From positions 4,256,001-4,320,000 of the forward strand of contig OZ252299.1 of the NCBI GenBank assembly GCA_965250285.1: a DNA stretch of 64,000 nucleotides, in the 5' to 3' direction. Each line of letters begins with the position of its first letter. The first letter of the stretch is position 1. The DNA is from Myxococcota bacterium (GTDB lineage: Bacteria > Myxococcota_A > UBA9160 > UBA4427). The notes under the pieces are model-generated. The model did no database searches and had not been told where the DNA came from. It saw only the letters and a list, made by a program, of their open reading frames with translations. Below are positions 1 to 9,191 of this stretch, one piece after another. The position numbers and the translations under genes are program-made.

Positions 1-2
1 GC

Positions 3-1496
3 CTTCGGTTCGGCGGCGACGATCTCCTGCGCACGTGCTTCGACGCGCGTCCCCTCGAAGAACCCGGGATTGAGTCGCGTATAGAAGCGGATCGGGTTGT
101 CGCAGACGAACGCACGGAAGTCGTCGTCGTCGATCAGCTCTTTCTCGACCAGCTCGTAGGCTTCGGGCAGGATCTCGCCCATGTCGCGGACATCCCAGTG
201 ACCCATGTCCGAGCTGAACATCGCATTGAGTCGCATGCCGAGGGCGTTGAAGCGACGGTCGAACGCGAGCGCCACACCCGGGTCGTCGGCCTCGCAGCCG
301 AAGAAGAATGCGTCGACGAAGCGCGCTTCGAAGTCCCCCTCATGCTCGATGCCGCAAGCCTCCCACTCGTCGAGAAACGGGGGCTCGGGCTCGAGCTTCG
401 CGAGCGCATCGGCGAGCCCCGGTACGTCGGCATGAAAATGAGCGTCACCGTACGCAGCGAAGAGCTCGACGATCAGGTCGAGATCGAGGCGCTTCGGGTC
501 GAGGTGTGAGATCGACTCGCAATTGCGCTTCTCCCAGTGGCCGACGATGTCGGCGAAGAGCTGACACGCCCACGATACGCCCCCCTCGAGCAGCCCGAAG
601 CCGAGCTCGGGGAACCGCTTCGTGACGCCCCCCATGAAGAGCGCACGACACTGCGCCTCCATGCTCGCACCGAACGATCCGATGTGGTTCGCCATGTAGT
701 TCGAGACCGATCGCCGGCTGCCCCAGCCCATGCCGGGCGTGTGTGATGCAGGCACGACACCGAGCTCGACGCAACGCCGCCAGAACGGATCGTAGTCGTG
801 GGCGCTGTCGAGCGAGAGACAGTCGAGCCACTCCCCCGACCCGGATCCCCACGTGGGCAGCTTCGGATCGCGCGGCCCCGCGGCGCCCGTGATCGGGCGA
901 TGGACGAGACCGTTGATCATGATCGCCTTCAGCCCGAGTTCGCCCACGGCATGCTCGAGTTCGGCGATCGCCTCGTCGGGGGTGTTCATCGGAATGTGCG
1001 CCGCCGGCGTCATCCGGTCGGCATAGGGCGCATAGACCTCGGCGTTGAACGCATTGAGCGCGCGACACGCGACCTGGCGCACCTCGTCGTCGCGGATCGC
1101 CGTGGTGGTGAGCGTGCGGCTCCCATAGAGGACCGCGAAATCGAGACCGAGGTCGTCGAGCCGCTCGTACATCAGCTTGGGGATGTGCGACGTCGCCCGG
1201 TCGAGGCTGTTCGCCGCGGGCAGCGACCACCAGGACGGCCGAGTCGCCCAGTTCGCACGCCGCTCTTCCCAACTGAGGCGACTCCACGGCCGCAGCACCA
1301 TCTCGTCGAAGTCCATGCCGCCCGAGCGGCGAAACTTCTCGGCGAGGTCACCGCCGCCGATCTGCTTCACGTAGTCTTCGAAGAAGGGCAAGAAGACCGG
1401 CGCCGTCTCGATGATGTGACCGTCGGCGTCGACGACCGGGTGGCCGAGCTTCGCGCGCAGACGGCCCGCGGGCGTGTCTCCGGTGCCGATCTTCAT
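3..1496 (-). CDS. Amidohydrolase_2 family metallo-hydrolase/decarboxylase (3' end runs off the window)
   Basis: Read manually: MKIGTGDTPAGRLRAKLGHPVVDADGHIIE... with DxDxH, later LLEGG and FSSDMGHWD motifs. Frame stays open to the window edge. ATG overlaps the upstream stop (TGATG). Absent from the ORF track because it has no stop in the window. Confidence 0.85.
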   Translation of the reverse strand, partial: MKIGTGDTPAGRLRAKLGHPVVDADGHIIETAPVFLPFFEDYVKQIGGGDLAEKFRRSGGMDFDEMVLRPWSRLSWEERRANWATRPSWWSLPAANSLDRATSHIPKLMYERLDDLGLDFAVLYGSRTLTTTAIRDDEVRQVACRALNAFNAEVYAPYADRMTPAAHIPMNTPDEAIAELEHAVGELGLKAIMINGLVHRPITGAAGPRDPKLPTWGSGSGEWLDCLSLDSAHDYDPFWRRCVELGVVPASHTPGMGWGSRRSVSNYMANHIGSFGASMEAQCRALFMGGVTKRFPELGFGLLEGGVSWACQLFADIVGHWEKRNCESISHLDPKRLDLDLIVELFAAYGDAHFHADVPGLADALAKLEPEPPFLDEWEACGIEHEGDFEARFVDAFFFGCEADDPGVALAFDRRFNALGMRLNAMFSSDMGHWDVRDMGEILPEAYELVEKELIDDDDFRAFVCDNPIRFYTRLNPGFFEGTRVEARAQEIVAAEPK

Positions 1497-2023
1497 CACG
1501 GTGCACCTTCTCGTGTCTCGTGAGACGCCGCTCGCAGTCGCGCCGCCTCCGCCCGGACCTGGGGCAAGACGTCGGCCACGGCCGCGCGGTCGATGAGATC
1601 AGCCACGTCGGCCGCCCCGGCGCGCATCAGGAGCGCAGGAAGCCGACGCTCGATGCTCTCGAGCGCGAACTCGACCGGATCGCCCATGGCCACCGGATCC
1701 ATATGAAGCATCTCGTTCGTGTGCGCACGCCACGAGATGTAGTGGTAGTGCGGGTCTTCGAGAAAGCAGTCGAAGCGCAGCAGCTCGCGCTCCTCTCCAT
1801 CCTGATTCGCGCAGACGTGGATCGCGACCCCGCGATCGTCGAGGTCGGTCGTTTGACCTCGCTCGTCCCCACGCGCCGACTCGAGCTGCGCGGCCGCGAC
1901 GATGGCGTCGTCGAGGCGTCGGTACTCGACGCCGAGACGCAGCCCCCCCGCGTCGAACCACGTCGTGTGCGCCTCGATCGGTGGAATCGGCATGACGCTG
2001 TAACGAGTGATGTGGTCGGCCAT
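1496..2023 (-). CDS. Conserved hypothetical protein (RFDCFxxDPHYHY motif)
   Basis: Natural protein-like composition; translationally coupled to the amidohydrolase; start re-picked at MADHITRY. Confidence 0.65.
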   Translation of the reverse strand: MADHITRYSVMPIPPIEAHTTWFDAGGLRLGVEYRRLDDAIVAAAQLESARGDERGQTTDLDDRGVAIHVCANQDGEERELLRFDCFLEDPHYHYISWRAHTNEMLHMDPVAMGDPVEFALESIERRLPALLMRAGAADVADLIDRAAVADVLPQVRAEAARLRAASHETREGAP

Positions 2024-2050
2024 CTTCACCCAGGACACACGCAGCGCGCG

Positions 2051-3508
2051 TCAACGCTCGACGGTGAGCACGCGCACCATGCTCGTACTGCCCGACTCAC
2101 GCTCGACGCCGTGGGTCACGACGAGCAGGTCGCCGAGCTGGATGAACCCGAGCTCGCGCCCCCGCTCGATCGCGAAGGCGAGCAGCTCCGTATCCGATCG
2201 ACCCTCTGGCGCACGCATGCCGATCACGCCCCAGTTCATCGCGAGGCGGCGAACGACCTCGGCATGCGGCGTGACCGCCAGGATCGGGCACGAAGGTCGA
2301 AACTTCGAGATCGACCGGCTGGTGAAGCCCGACTCGGTGAGGGTGACGATGGCCGCGGCGCCGAGTCGATTCGCCATGCCGATCGCACCGTGGCTCACGG
2401 CATCGGTGACCTTCTCTTCGGCGGCCTCGACGTGCTGCTGCAGATGTCCGTACTCGCCCAGCGATGCCTCGGCCGAGAGCGCCAGTGCCGCCATCGTGCG
2501 CACCGATTCGACCGGGTGCCGGCCGCTCGCCGTCTCGCCCGAGAGCATCACGGCCGACGTGCCGTCGAAGATCGCGTTCGCCACGTCGCTCACCTCGGCG
2601 CGCGTCGGCGTGGGGTTGCGCTCCATCGAGTCGAGCATCTGGGTGGCCGTGATGACCGGCTTCCCGTTCTGCACCGTCTCGTGGATGATCTGCTTCTGGA
2701 CGACCGGCACGTCCTGCAGCGGCACTTCGACCCCGAGATCGCCGCGCGCGACCATCGTGCCGTCGGCCGCGCGGATGATCTCGTCGAGATTGTCGACGCC
2801 TTCTCGGCTCTCGATCTTCGCGATGATCGGGATCTGCGCCCCTGCCTCGTCGAGCAGCGCGCGAATCGCGTGGACGTCGGAGGCGCCGCGCACGAACGAC
2901 GCAGCGATGTAGTCGATGCCCTGCTCGAGGGCGAACGAGATGTCGAGACGATCCTGTTCGGTCATCTCTTCGCGAGGCAGGCGCAGGTCGGGCACGTTGA
3001 TGCCCTTCAGGTCGCCGAGGGTGCCGCCGCGGACGACCTCACAGCGCACCCGCTCACTCGTGACTTCGCGCGCGATCAGCTCGATCTGGCCGTCGTCGAC
3101 GAGCACGCGCGTCCCTTCGACGACATGGTCGAAGAACGAGGGATGGGTGATCGACACACCCGTCGCATCGCCGAGCCGGTCGACGGGACGAAGCTCGAAC
3201 GAGGCCCCGACCTCGAGCTCGGCCTTGCCTCCCTCGAGTCGACGCGTCCGGATCTCGGGGCCCCGGGTATCGATGAGGGTCGCGACCGGCCAGCCCGCGT
3301 CGGCGGCAGCCGAACGAATCCGCTCGAGTCTCCGGTGATGCTCCTCGTGCGTGCCGTGCGAGAAGTTGAGACGCGCGACGTTCATGCCCGCCTCGATCAT
3401 CGACTTGATGATGGCGGGATCATCCGAAGCCGGACCGATCGTCGCGACGATCTTCGTCTTTCGCAGTGCGGCTCGATTCAAGCCTTCGTCCCCTCGCTCG
3501 ATGCGCAC
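2051..3508 (-). CDS. pyk: Pyruvate kinase
   Basis: RKTKIVATIGPAS, ARLNFSHG, AKIE, MVARGDLGVE, ATQMLDSM, PTRAEVSDVANA, MLSGETA motifs. Confidence 0.97.
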   Translation of the reverse strand: MRIERGDEGLNRAALRKTKIVATIGPASDDPAIIKSMIEAGMNVARLNFSHGTHEEHHRRLERIRSAAADAGWPVATLIDTRGPEIRTRRLEGGKAELEVGASFELRPVDRLGDATGVSITHPSFFDHVVEGTRVLVDDGQIELIAREVTSERVRCEVVRGGTLGDLKGINVPDLRLPREEMTEQDRLDISFALEQGIDYIAASFVRGASDVHAIRALLDEAGAQIPIIAKIESREGVDNLDEIIRAADGTMVARGDLGVEVPLQDVPVVQKQIIHETVQNGKPVITATQMLDSMERNPTPTRAEVSDVANAIFDGTSAVMLSGETASGRHPVESVRTMAALALSAEASLGEYGHLQQHVEAAEEKVTDAVSHGAIGMANRLGAAAIVTLTESGFTSRSISKFRPSCPILAVTPHAEVVRRLAMNWGVIGMRAPEGRSDTELLAFAIERGRELGFIQLGDLLVVTHGVERESGSTSMVRVLTVER

Positions 3509-3547
3509 CGCAGAGGATAACGCCCGCGCGCGCTCTGGGGACCGGGC

Positions 3548-4582
3548 CTACTCGAGATCGCCGATTCGGCAGAGCTGCTTGCCGAGGTTCTTGCCCTCGA
3601 AGAGTCGGTTGAGGCAGGCGGGCACGTTCTCGAAGCCCTCCTGCACGTCGACCTCGGCGACGAGCTCGCCCGCGGCGGCCCACTGCCCCATGTCGGCGAT
3701 CGCCTCGGGCGTGCGCGAGATGTAGTCCATCACGATGAAGCCCTCCATGCGGCACCGCCGGATGACGAGCTCCATGATGTTGCTCGGCCCGGGTCGCGGC
3801 GTCTCCTCGTTGTAGCCCGAGATGCCTCCGCAGAGCACGATCCGGCCGCCCTGAGCCATGTTGACCAGCGCCGAGTTCAGGATGTCGCCGCCGACGTTGT
3901 CGAAGAAGACGTCGATGCCCTTGGGACATTCCTCGCGCATCCGCCGCCCGACGTTTTCGCTCTTGTAGTCGATCGCGGCATCGAGCTTGGCCTGCTCGAT
4001 GAGCCACTTGCACTTCTCGGGACCACCGGCGATCCCGACGACCTTCGAAGCCCCTTTGATGCGAGCAATCTGTGCAGCCACCGAGCCCGTCGCGCCCGCC
4101 GCACCGGACACCAGCACGACGTCCCCTTCCTTCGGCTGCCCGACGTCGAGCAGGCCGAAGTAGGCGGTGAAACCGGTGATGCCGAAGATCGAGAGCATCT
4201 GCTCGGGCGTGGCCCCCGGCGGCAGCTTCGTCGCGGTCCCGAACATCGTCGGGCGCTCGAGGTCGACCACCGCGTACTCCTGCCAGCCGGCCATGCCCGA
4301 CACGATGTCGCCCACTGCGAGCTTGGGCGACGCGCTCTCGATCACCTGGCCGACGGTCGCTGCCCGCATGACCTCGCCGATGCCGACGGGCGGGATGTAG
4401 CTCGGACGATCGTCGAGCCAACCGCGCATCGCGGGATCGAACGCGACGAGCAGCGTCTTGACCAGCACCTGACCGTCTTCGAGCGCGGGCGTCTGCTCTT
4501 CGATCAGATCGAAGTTCGCCTGGCTGACCATGCCCTTCGGTCGGCTCTTGAGGACCCATTTGCGGTTGGTTCGAGATGCCAT
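3548..4582 (-). CDS. NADP-dependent oxidoreductase (prostaglandin reductase/CurA-like MDR family)
   Basis: DPAMRGW, TAYFGLL, VSGAAGATGS, FFDNVGG, GKNLGKQ; start re-picked at MASRT. Confidence 0.9.
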   Translation of the reverse strand: MASRTNRKWVLKSRPKGMVSQANFDLIEEQTPALEDGQVLVKTLLVAFDPAMRGWLDDRPSYIPPVGIGEVMRAATVGQVIESASPKLAVGDIVSGMAGWQEYAVVDLERPTMFGTATKLPPGATPEQMLSIFGITGFTAYFGLLDVGQPKEGDVVLVSGAAGATGSVAAQIARIKGASKVVGIAGGPEKCKWLIEQAKLDAAIDYKSENVGRRMREECPKGIDVFFDNVGGDILNSALVNMAQGGRIVLCGGISGYNEETPRPGPSNIMELVIRRCRMEGFIVMDYISRTPEAIADMGQWAAAGELVAEVDVQEGFENVPACLNRLFEGKNLGKQLCRIGDLE

Positions 4583-4804
4583 CGGTGCGGCCTCCAGCAC
4601 GCTGCGAACGGGGCAGCGCGCGGTCGGGGGGTGAGATCGAGACGTGCGAGCCTATCGCATCGAAGGCACGGGGCGGCGCTTGCCCGGCTTCAGCCCGGGC
4701 CGATCCCCCCCACCCGCCGGGTGTCGCCGCCGGATATACTCGCCGGGTCGAGGTGCAGGCCCATCGACGCCGCATTCGCGCTGCTCGCGCACCGGGACCC
4801 GCCG

Positions 4805-7369
4805 ATGATCGCTCGCTCCATCCTGATCCGTACCGTGCTCGCCGCCGCGCTCCTCGGAGCGTGGGCCGCGACCGCGGCCGACCCGGCGCCGACCGACCCG
4901 CCGGTCGACGAGGCCGCGCTGGGCGAGGCCGAAGCGGCTCGCGCCGACCTCGAGGGCGCGACGGCCATCGAAGCATTGCCCGCGGAGGGCGCCGCCTCTG
5001 CGTCCGCCTCTGCCCCCGCCCCCGCGCCCGCCCTCGCGCCCGCCCCCGCCCCCGATGGCGCGGAGGCCGCCGGAGCCGCCCCGAAGGCCGACGACGCCAC
5101 GGCCGAGACCGATGATCCCACCGCGATCGACCCCGCGGCCCTCTACGGCGTCCAGGCCGACGAGGTCAGCAGCTGGCGGCGGCGGGTCGACGCCCTCGAG
5201 CTCGGCCTGGCCACCGGCCAGCACGGTCCGGCCGACGTGAACGCGCTCTACGGCGAGCTCTCGGCCGAGCTCTGGCCGATGCAGGAGGAGGTGCACGACG
5301 CGATCCACGCCGACGCGTCCGACCTCATCGAGCGACATGCTGCACTCGCCGAGCTCTACGGGCTTCGCAGCCGCCTCTTTCCGCTGCTCTCGCGCGACCT
5401 CTACTTCAAGCTCACGGGTCTGAGCGCGCTCGGCCGCGCCGAGGCCGGGCGCGAGCTCGACTACTTCTCGGCCAACATCGAGTACCAGCAGCACATCTTC
5501 GAGGGCGGCCTCTTTCACCTCTGGTCGGCCTTCGAGGCCGAGCCATTCACCGCGCTCTGGCGCGCGTTCCAGATCGTCCTCGCATGCGTCGCGTTCCGCT
5601 GGTGGCGGCGGTGGGCGAAGCGCGGCATCCCCGACATGCGGACACGCCTCGTCTCGAGCCGGCCGCGCACCGCCAGCGCGCTGCGACGCGCGCGCGTCCT
5701 CTGGTACGTCGATCGCGTGCGCCGCCCGCTCGAGTGGCTGGCCCTGCTCTGGCTCGTCGCGGGGTGGATGCAGCCGCCCGGCTTCGAAGAGGTCTCGACG
5801 CTCGTCCAGACGATCGTGAAATGGCTGTTCATCGGGACCGCCACCGTGCTGCTGATCGATGCGCGGGCTGCACGCCACGCGCGACGCTCGAAGTCGGACA
5901 CGAACCGGCTGCGCATGCGCTCGCTGCGCCTCGTTGGCTACGGCGGCGTGCTCTTCGGGCTCGCGCTCGATCTCACCGATCGCTACGCGGGCACCGGCGT
6001 GATGCACGCCTGGGTCGTGCGCGCCGGGCTCACGCTCGCGCTGCCAATGCTCCTGCTGCTGCTCCACTGGTGGAGGCAGCCGATCTTCGATCGCCTCGAG
6101 GAGCGCGCCAGCGGGTCGGATCAGGCCCAGCGCCTGCTCGCCCGCCGATCGGGGTTCGGGAGCTACACCGCGGCCATGCTCGCCGGGCTCTATCTGCTTC
6201 GCGACTCCACGCTTCAGGTCATCGTGCGCGTGCTCTCGGGCTACGAGGTGGGCCGTCGCATCGTGGCGCAGCTCGTCCGCCGCGAGGTCGCCAGGGAGGG
6301 CGAGCACGAGTCGCGCCCCGACGAGACGCCGATCGCCGACGAGATCATCCTGCCGCTCATCGCCGCTCGCCAGGTGCGCATCGACGAGATCGCCAAGACC
6401 GAGCTCGGTCTGATGTACGCGTCGATCACGGCCCGCGCCGGGGGCGCGTGGGCCGTGATCGGCGAGCGCGGCGCAGGCAAGACGATCTTCCTCGAACGAC
6501 TGGCCGAGCGCTTCGACGGCGGCATGCGGATCGTGCGATGCCCCGTCGGCGGGTACGAAGCGCTCGAGCGGGCGATCGCCGAGGCATTCGAGATCGAGCC
6601 CGGCGAAGGCTTCGCCGCGCGCCTCGATGGTGCCCTCGAGAAGGAAGGGGTCATCGCGATCGGGCTCGACGATCTGCATCGACTGCCGCGGCCCTGGCTC
6701 GGCGGCCAGCGCGGGCTGGGTCACCTCGCCGATCTGATCGGGCAGCTCGATCAAGACGTCGATTGGATCTTCTCGTTCGACCGCAACGCGTGGCGCTACA
6801 CGATGCTGGCCGGGGGCGAGAGCGCGCTGCTGCACGATGCGATCGAGCTGCCCGCGTGGACCGAAGAGCAGCTGGCCGAGCTGGTCGACCGAAGGGCCGA
6901 CGCGATCGAGCTCGAGCCCGACTACGAGCAGATGGTGCTGCCGCGCCAGCTCGACGCGGGTGAGCACGACGACGACGAGCAGCGCAACCGATTCGGCTAT
7001 GCGCGCATCCTCTGGGAGCTGGCAGACGGCAACCCCGAGGTCTCGCTCTATCTCTTTGCCGAGAGCCTCCGGCGCCGGCCCGATGGCAACGTGATCCTGC
7101 GGCTCCCCCAGCTCTCGTCGCCCGACTCCCTCGTGAATGCGCACCACGACGCCATGCTCGTGCTGCGCGGTCTGGTCCAGTGTGACGTCGCCTCGGCCGA
7201 AGACCTCGCGCGCGGGCTGCAGATGACGGTCGAGCGGGTCGAGCAGGTGCTGAGCTTCTGCGGACAGAACGGCTGGGTCACGACCGAGTACGGTGGCTAC
7301 CGGGTTTCATGGCGCTGGTTCCGATCGGTCACGCGCGCCCTGGTTCGCCAGAACCTGATGACCCGGTGA
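4805..7369 (+). CDS. Large membrane-anchored P-loop ATPase (signal peptide, Ala/Pro linker, helical domain, multi-TM region, AAA-like domain, probable C-terminal winged helix)
   Basis: N-terminal hydrophobic signal (ILIRTVLAAALLGAWAATAA); several TM stretches; Walker A GERGAGKT; Walker B IGLDD; start re-picked at MIARS. Confidence 0.8.
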   Translation: MIARSILIRTVLAAALLGAWAATAADPAPTDPPVDEAALGEAEAARADLEGATAIEALPAEGAASASASAPAPAPALAPAPAPDGAEAAGAAPKADDATAETDDPTAIDPAALYGVQADEVSSWRRRVDALELGLATGQHGPADVNALYGELSAELWPMQEEVHDAIHADASDLIERHAALAELYGLRSRLFPLLSRDLYFKLTGLSALGRAEAGRELDYFSANIEYQQHIFEGGLFHLWSAFEAEPFTALWRAFQIVLACVAFRWWRRWAKRGIPDMRTRLVSSRPRTASALRRARVLWYVDRVRRPLEWLALLWLVAGWMQPPGFEEVSTLVQTIVKWLFIGTATVLLIDARAARHARRSKSDTNRLRMRSLRLVGYGGVLFGLALDLTDRYAGTGVMHAWVVRAGLTLALPMLLLLLHWWRQPIFDRLEERASGSDQAQRLLARRSGFGSYTAAMLAGLYLLRDSTLQVIVRVLSGYEVGRRIVAQLVRREVAREGEHESRPDETPIADEIILPLIAARQVRIDEIAKTELGLMYASITARAGGAWAVIGERGAGKTIFLERLAERFDGGMRIVRCPVGGYEALERAIAEAFEIEPGEGFAARLDGALEKEGVIAIGLDDLHRLPRPWLGGQRGLGHLADLIGQLDQDVDWIFSFDRNAWRYTMLAGGESALLHDAIELPAWTEEQLAELVDRRADAIELEPDYEQMVLPRQLDAGEHDDDEQRNRFGYARILWELADGNPEVSLYLFAESLRRRPDGNVILRLPQLSSPDSLVNAHHDAMLVLRGLVQCDVASAEDLARGLQMTVERVEQVLSFCGQNGWVTTEYGGYRVSWRWFRSVTRALVRQNLMTR
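4990..5055 (+). repeat. Low-complexity GCC/CCC repeat encoding an (A-S)n(A-P)n linker
   Basis: Translates to ASASASAPAPAPALAPAPAP. Confidence 0.6.
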
Positions 7370-7401
7370 GCCGGTCGACCCAAGCGATGCGGAGGATCCT
7401 C

Positions 7402-8361
7402 ATGAAGCCCGCCCAACGAAGACTGCCCGAGCGCCTCACCCTCGCCTTCGCGCTTGCCCTCGCACTTACCCTCTCGACTGCCGCCTCGGCACAGGATCCG
7501 ACTGAGGCCGTTCAGTCGGTCACGACGCTCGCGAACATGGTTCGCTGGGGCGGGCTGCTCGCTTCGCTCGTTGTGATCGCGGCGGCCTCGCTCCTGCTGT
7601 CGTTCCTCGACCGCATTGCTTCGGGGCTTGGGGGTTCGTTCGCCGAGTACCGGCTCACGATCCAGAAGGTCGCGGCGTTCACCCGCTTCGGCGTCTACTT
7701 CGTGACGATTCTCATCGTCGTGATGCTCTCGTTTCGCATCAGCCGCGAGGTGCTCGCGATCCTCGGCGGTACCGCGGCCGTTGCCATCGGCTTCGCAATG
7801 AAGGATCTCGTCAGCTCGATCGTCGCCGGTGTGATGATCATGTTCGATCGCCCCTTCCAGGTCGGCGACCGCGTGAGCTTTGGCGGGCAGTACGGCGACA
7901 TCCTGAACATCGGCCTGCGTTCGGTGAAGCTGCGCACGCTCGACGACTCGATCGTGACGATCCCGAACAACCTCTTCCTGAACGAAGTCACGTCGTGCGG
8001 CAACTACGGCGTCGCCCACATGCAGATCGTCGTCGACTTTCTGATCGACGCCGACGCCGACGCGACGCGGGCCCGCAACATCGTGCGAGAGGCCGCCGCC
8101 ACCAGCCGCTACATCCACCTTCAGAGCCCGCTCGTCGTGCTGGTGAATCAGGTGGTCGAAGGCAGCTACGTCGCCATTCGAGTTCGGCTCAAGGTCTACG
8201 TGCTCGACACGCAGCACGAGAAGAGCTTCGAGACCGACGTCACCCTTCGCGTACTCGACGCCTTCCGCGCCGAGGGCATCCGACCGCCCGCCGTACTGCA
8301 CCGAGGTCGCGACGAAGACCTGCCGCCCGCGGCGCTTCGGGCGGTCGAAACCGGCGGCTAG
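7402..8361 (+). CDS. mscS: Small-conductance mechanosensitive channel (MscS family)
   Basis: AIGFAMKDLVSSIVAG, DRPFQVGDRV, IGLRSVKLRTLD, VTIPNN; GGAGGA RBS before the ATG at 7402. Confidence 0.9.
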   Translation: MKPAQRRLPERLTLAFALALALTLSTAASAQDPTEAVQSVTTLANMVRWGGLLASLVVIAAASLLLSFLDRIASGLGGSFAEYRLTIQKVAAFTRFGVYFVTILIVVMLSFRISREVLAILGGTAAVAIGFAMKDLVSSIVAGVMIMFDRPFQVGDRVSFGGQYGDILNIGLRSVKLRTLDDSIVTIPNNLFLNEVTSCGNYGVAHMQIVVDFLIDADADATRARNIVREAAATSRYIHLQSPLVVLVNQVVEGSYVAIRVRLKVYVLDTQHEKSFETDVTLRVLDAFRAEGIRPPAVLHRGRDEDLPPAALRAVETGG

Positions 8362-8390
8362 ACACGGCGAAGAGCGCGGGCGCCGCTGCG

Positions 8391-9191
8391 CTACTTGCGA
8401 AACTGCTTGAAGTCGGGGTCGCGCTTCTGCATGAACGCGGTGACCGCCTCGATGTTCTCGGGCGACCCGGCGAGCCGCATCATCTCGGCGTCTTCGATCT
8501 CGCGCGCATCGGCGATGTTCTGCAGATGGGTGCGCTGCAGCGTGCGTTTGATCGCGACGAGCGACGACACCGGCCAGCGCGCGATCTCGCGCGCCTTCTC
8601 GAGCATCGCCGGGAGCGCTTCGCCCTGGGGCAGCACGCGGGCCACGATGCCGAGGTCGAGCGCACGCGGGGCATCGATCCATTCGGCGGTGAACATGATC
8701 TCGTTGGCCCGCTGGCGACCGATGTTCATCTGCAGCACGTAGCTGCTCGCGATCTCGGGAACGAGACCGAGATTCGCGAACGGCAACCGCATGCGCAGCC
8801 CTTCGCCCGCGTAGGCGAAGTCAGCCGCCATGGCGATGGTCGCACCACCACCGATGGCGACGCCTTCGACCGCCGCGAGCAACGGCTTCGCGCACGCAAA
8901 GATCGAGTCGACGCACGCGAAGAACCCGCTCGGCTTGCCGTCGGCGCGCGGCTCGGGGGGCGCACCGCCGAACGAGCCGAGATCGACCCCCGACGAGAAG
9001 ATCCCGCCCGCGCCGGTCAGGACGACGACGGCCACGCGCGGGTCGGCGCTCGCTTCGTCGAGCGCACTCGCGAGCTGATCCCACTCCTGGTCCCGAAACG
9101 CGTTCTTCTTGTCGGGGCGGTTCAACGTGAGGAGCAGCACGCCCTCGTCGTCGAGCTCACGCAGCAGGGTGGGGGCGTCTTCGGTGGTCAT
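8391..9191 (-). CDS. Enoyl-CoA hydratase/isomerase family protein
   Basis: LTLNRPDKKNA, FSSGVDL, AVEGVAIGGG, LGLVPE; ATGA overlap with the upstream gene. Confidence 0.92.
   Translation of the reverse strand: MTTEDAPTLLRELDDEGVLLLTLNRPDKKNAFRDQEWDQLASALDEASADPRVAVVVLTGAGGIFSSGVDLGSFGGAPPEPRADGKPSGFFACVDSIFACAKPLLAAVEGVAIGGGATIAMAADFAYAGEGLRMRLPFANLGLVPEIASSYVLQMNIGRQRANEIMFTAEWIDAPRALDLGIVARVLPQGEALPAMLEKAREIARWPVSSLVAIKRTLQRTHLQNIADAREIEDAEMMRLAGSPENIEAVTAFMQKRDPDFKQFRK

Noticed and set aside
134..1287. ORF-track fragments 134..448 and 445..1287 suggesting a frameshifted gene
   Set aside because: The real amidohydrolase is intact in another minus frame (start 1496) and lacks a stop only because it leaves the window
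4990..5055. VNTR or phase-variable tract
   Set aside because: Degenerate in-frame codon repeats encoding an Ala/Pro linker
1520..7147. Long antisense ORFs (1520..3520, 4652..7147; likewise 16152..18863, 16940..19072, 20478..22547, 44039..46402) as overlapping genes
   Set aside because: Expected in high-GC DNA with strong codon bias; no recognisable motifs; they mirror well-supported genes
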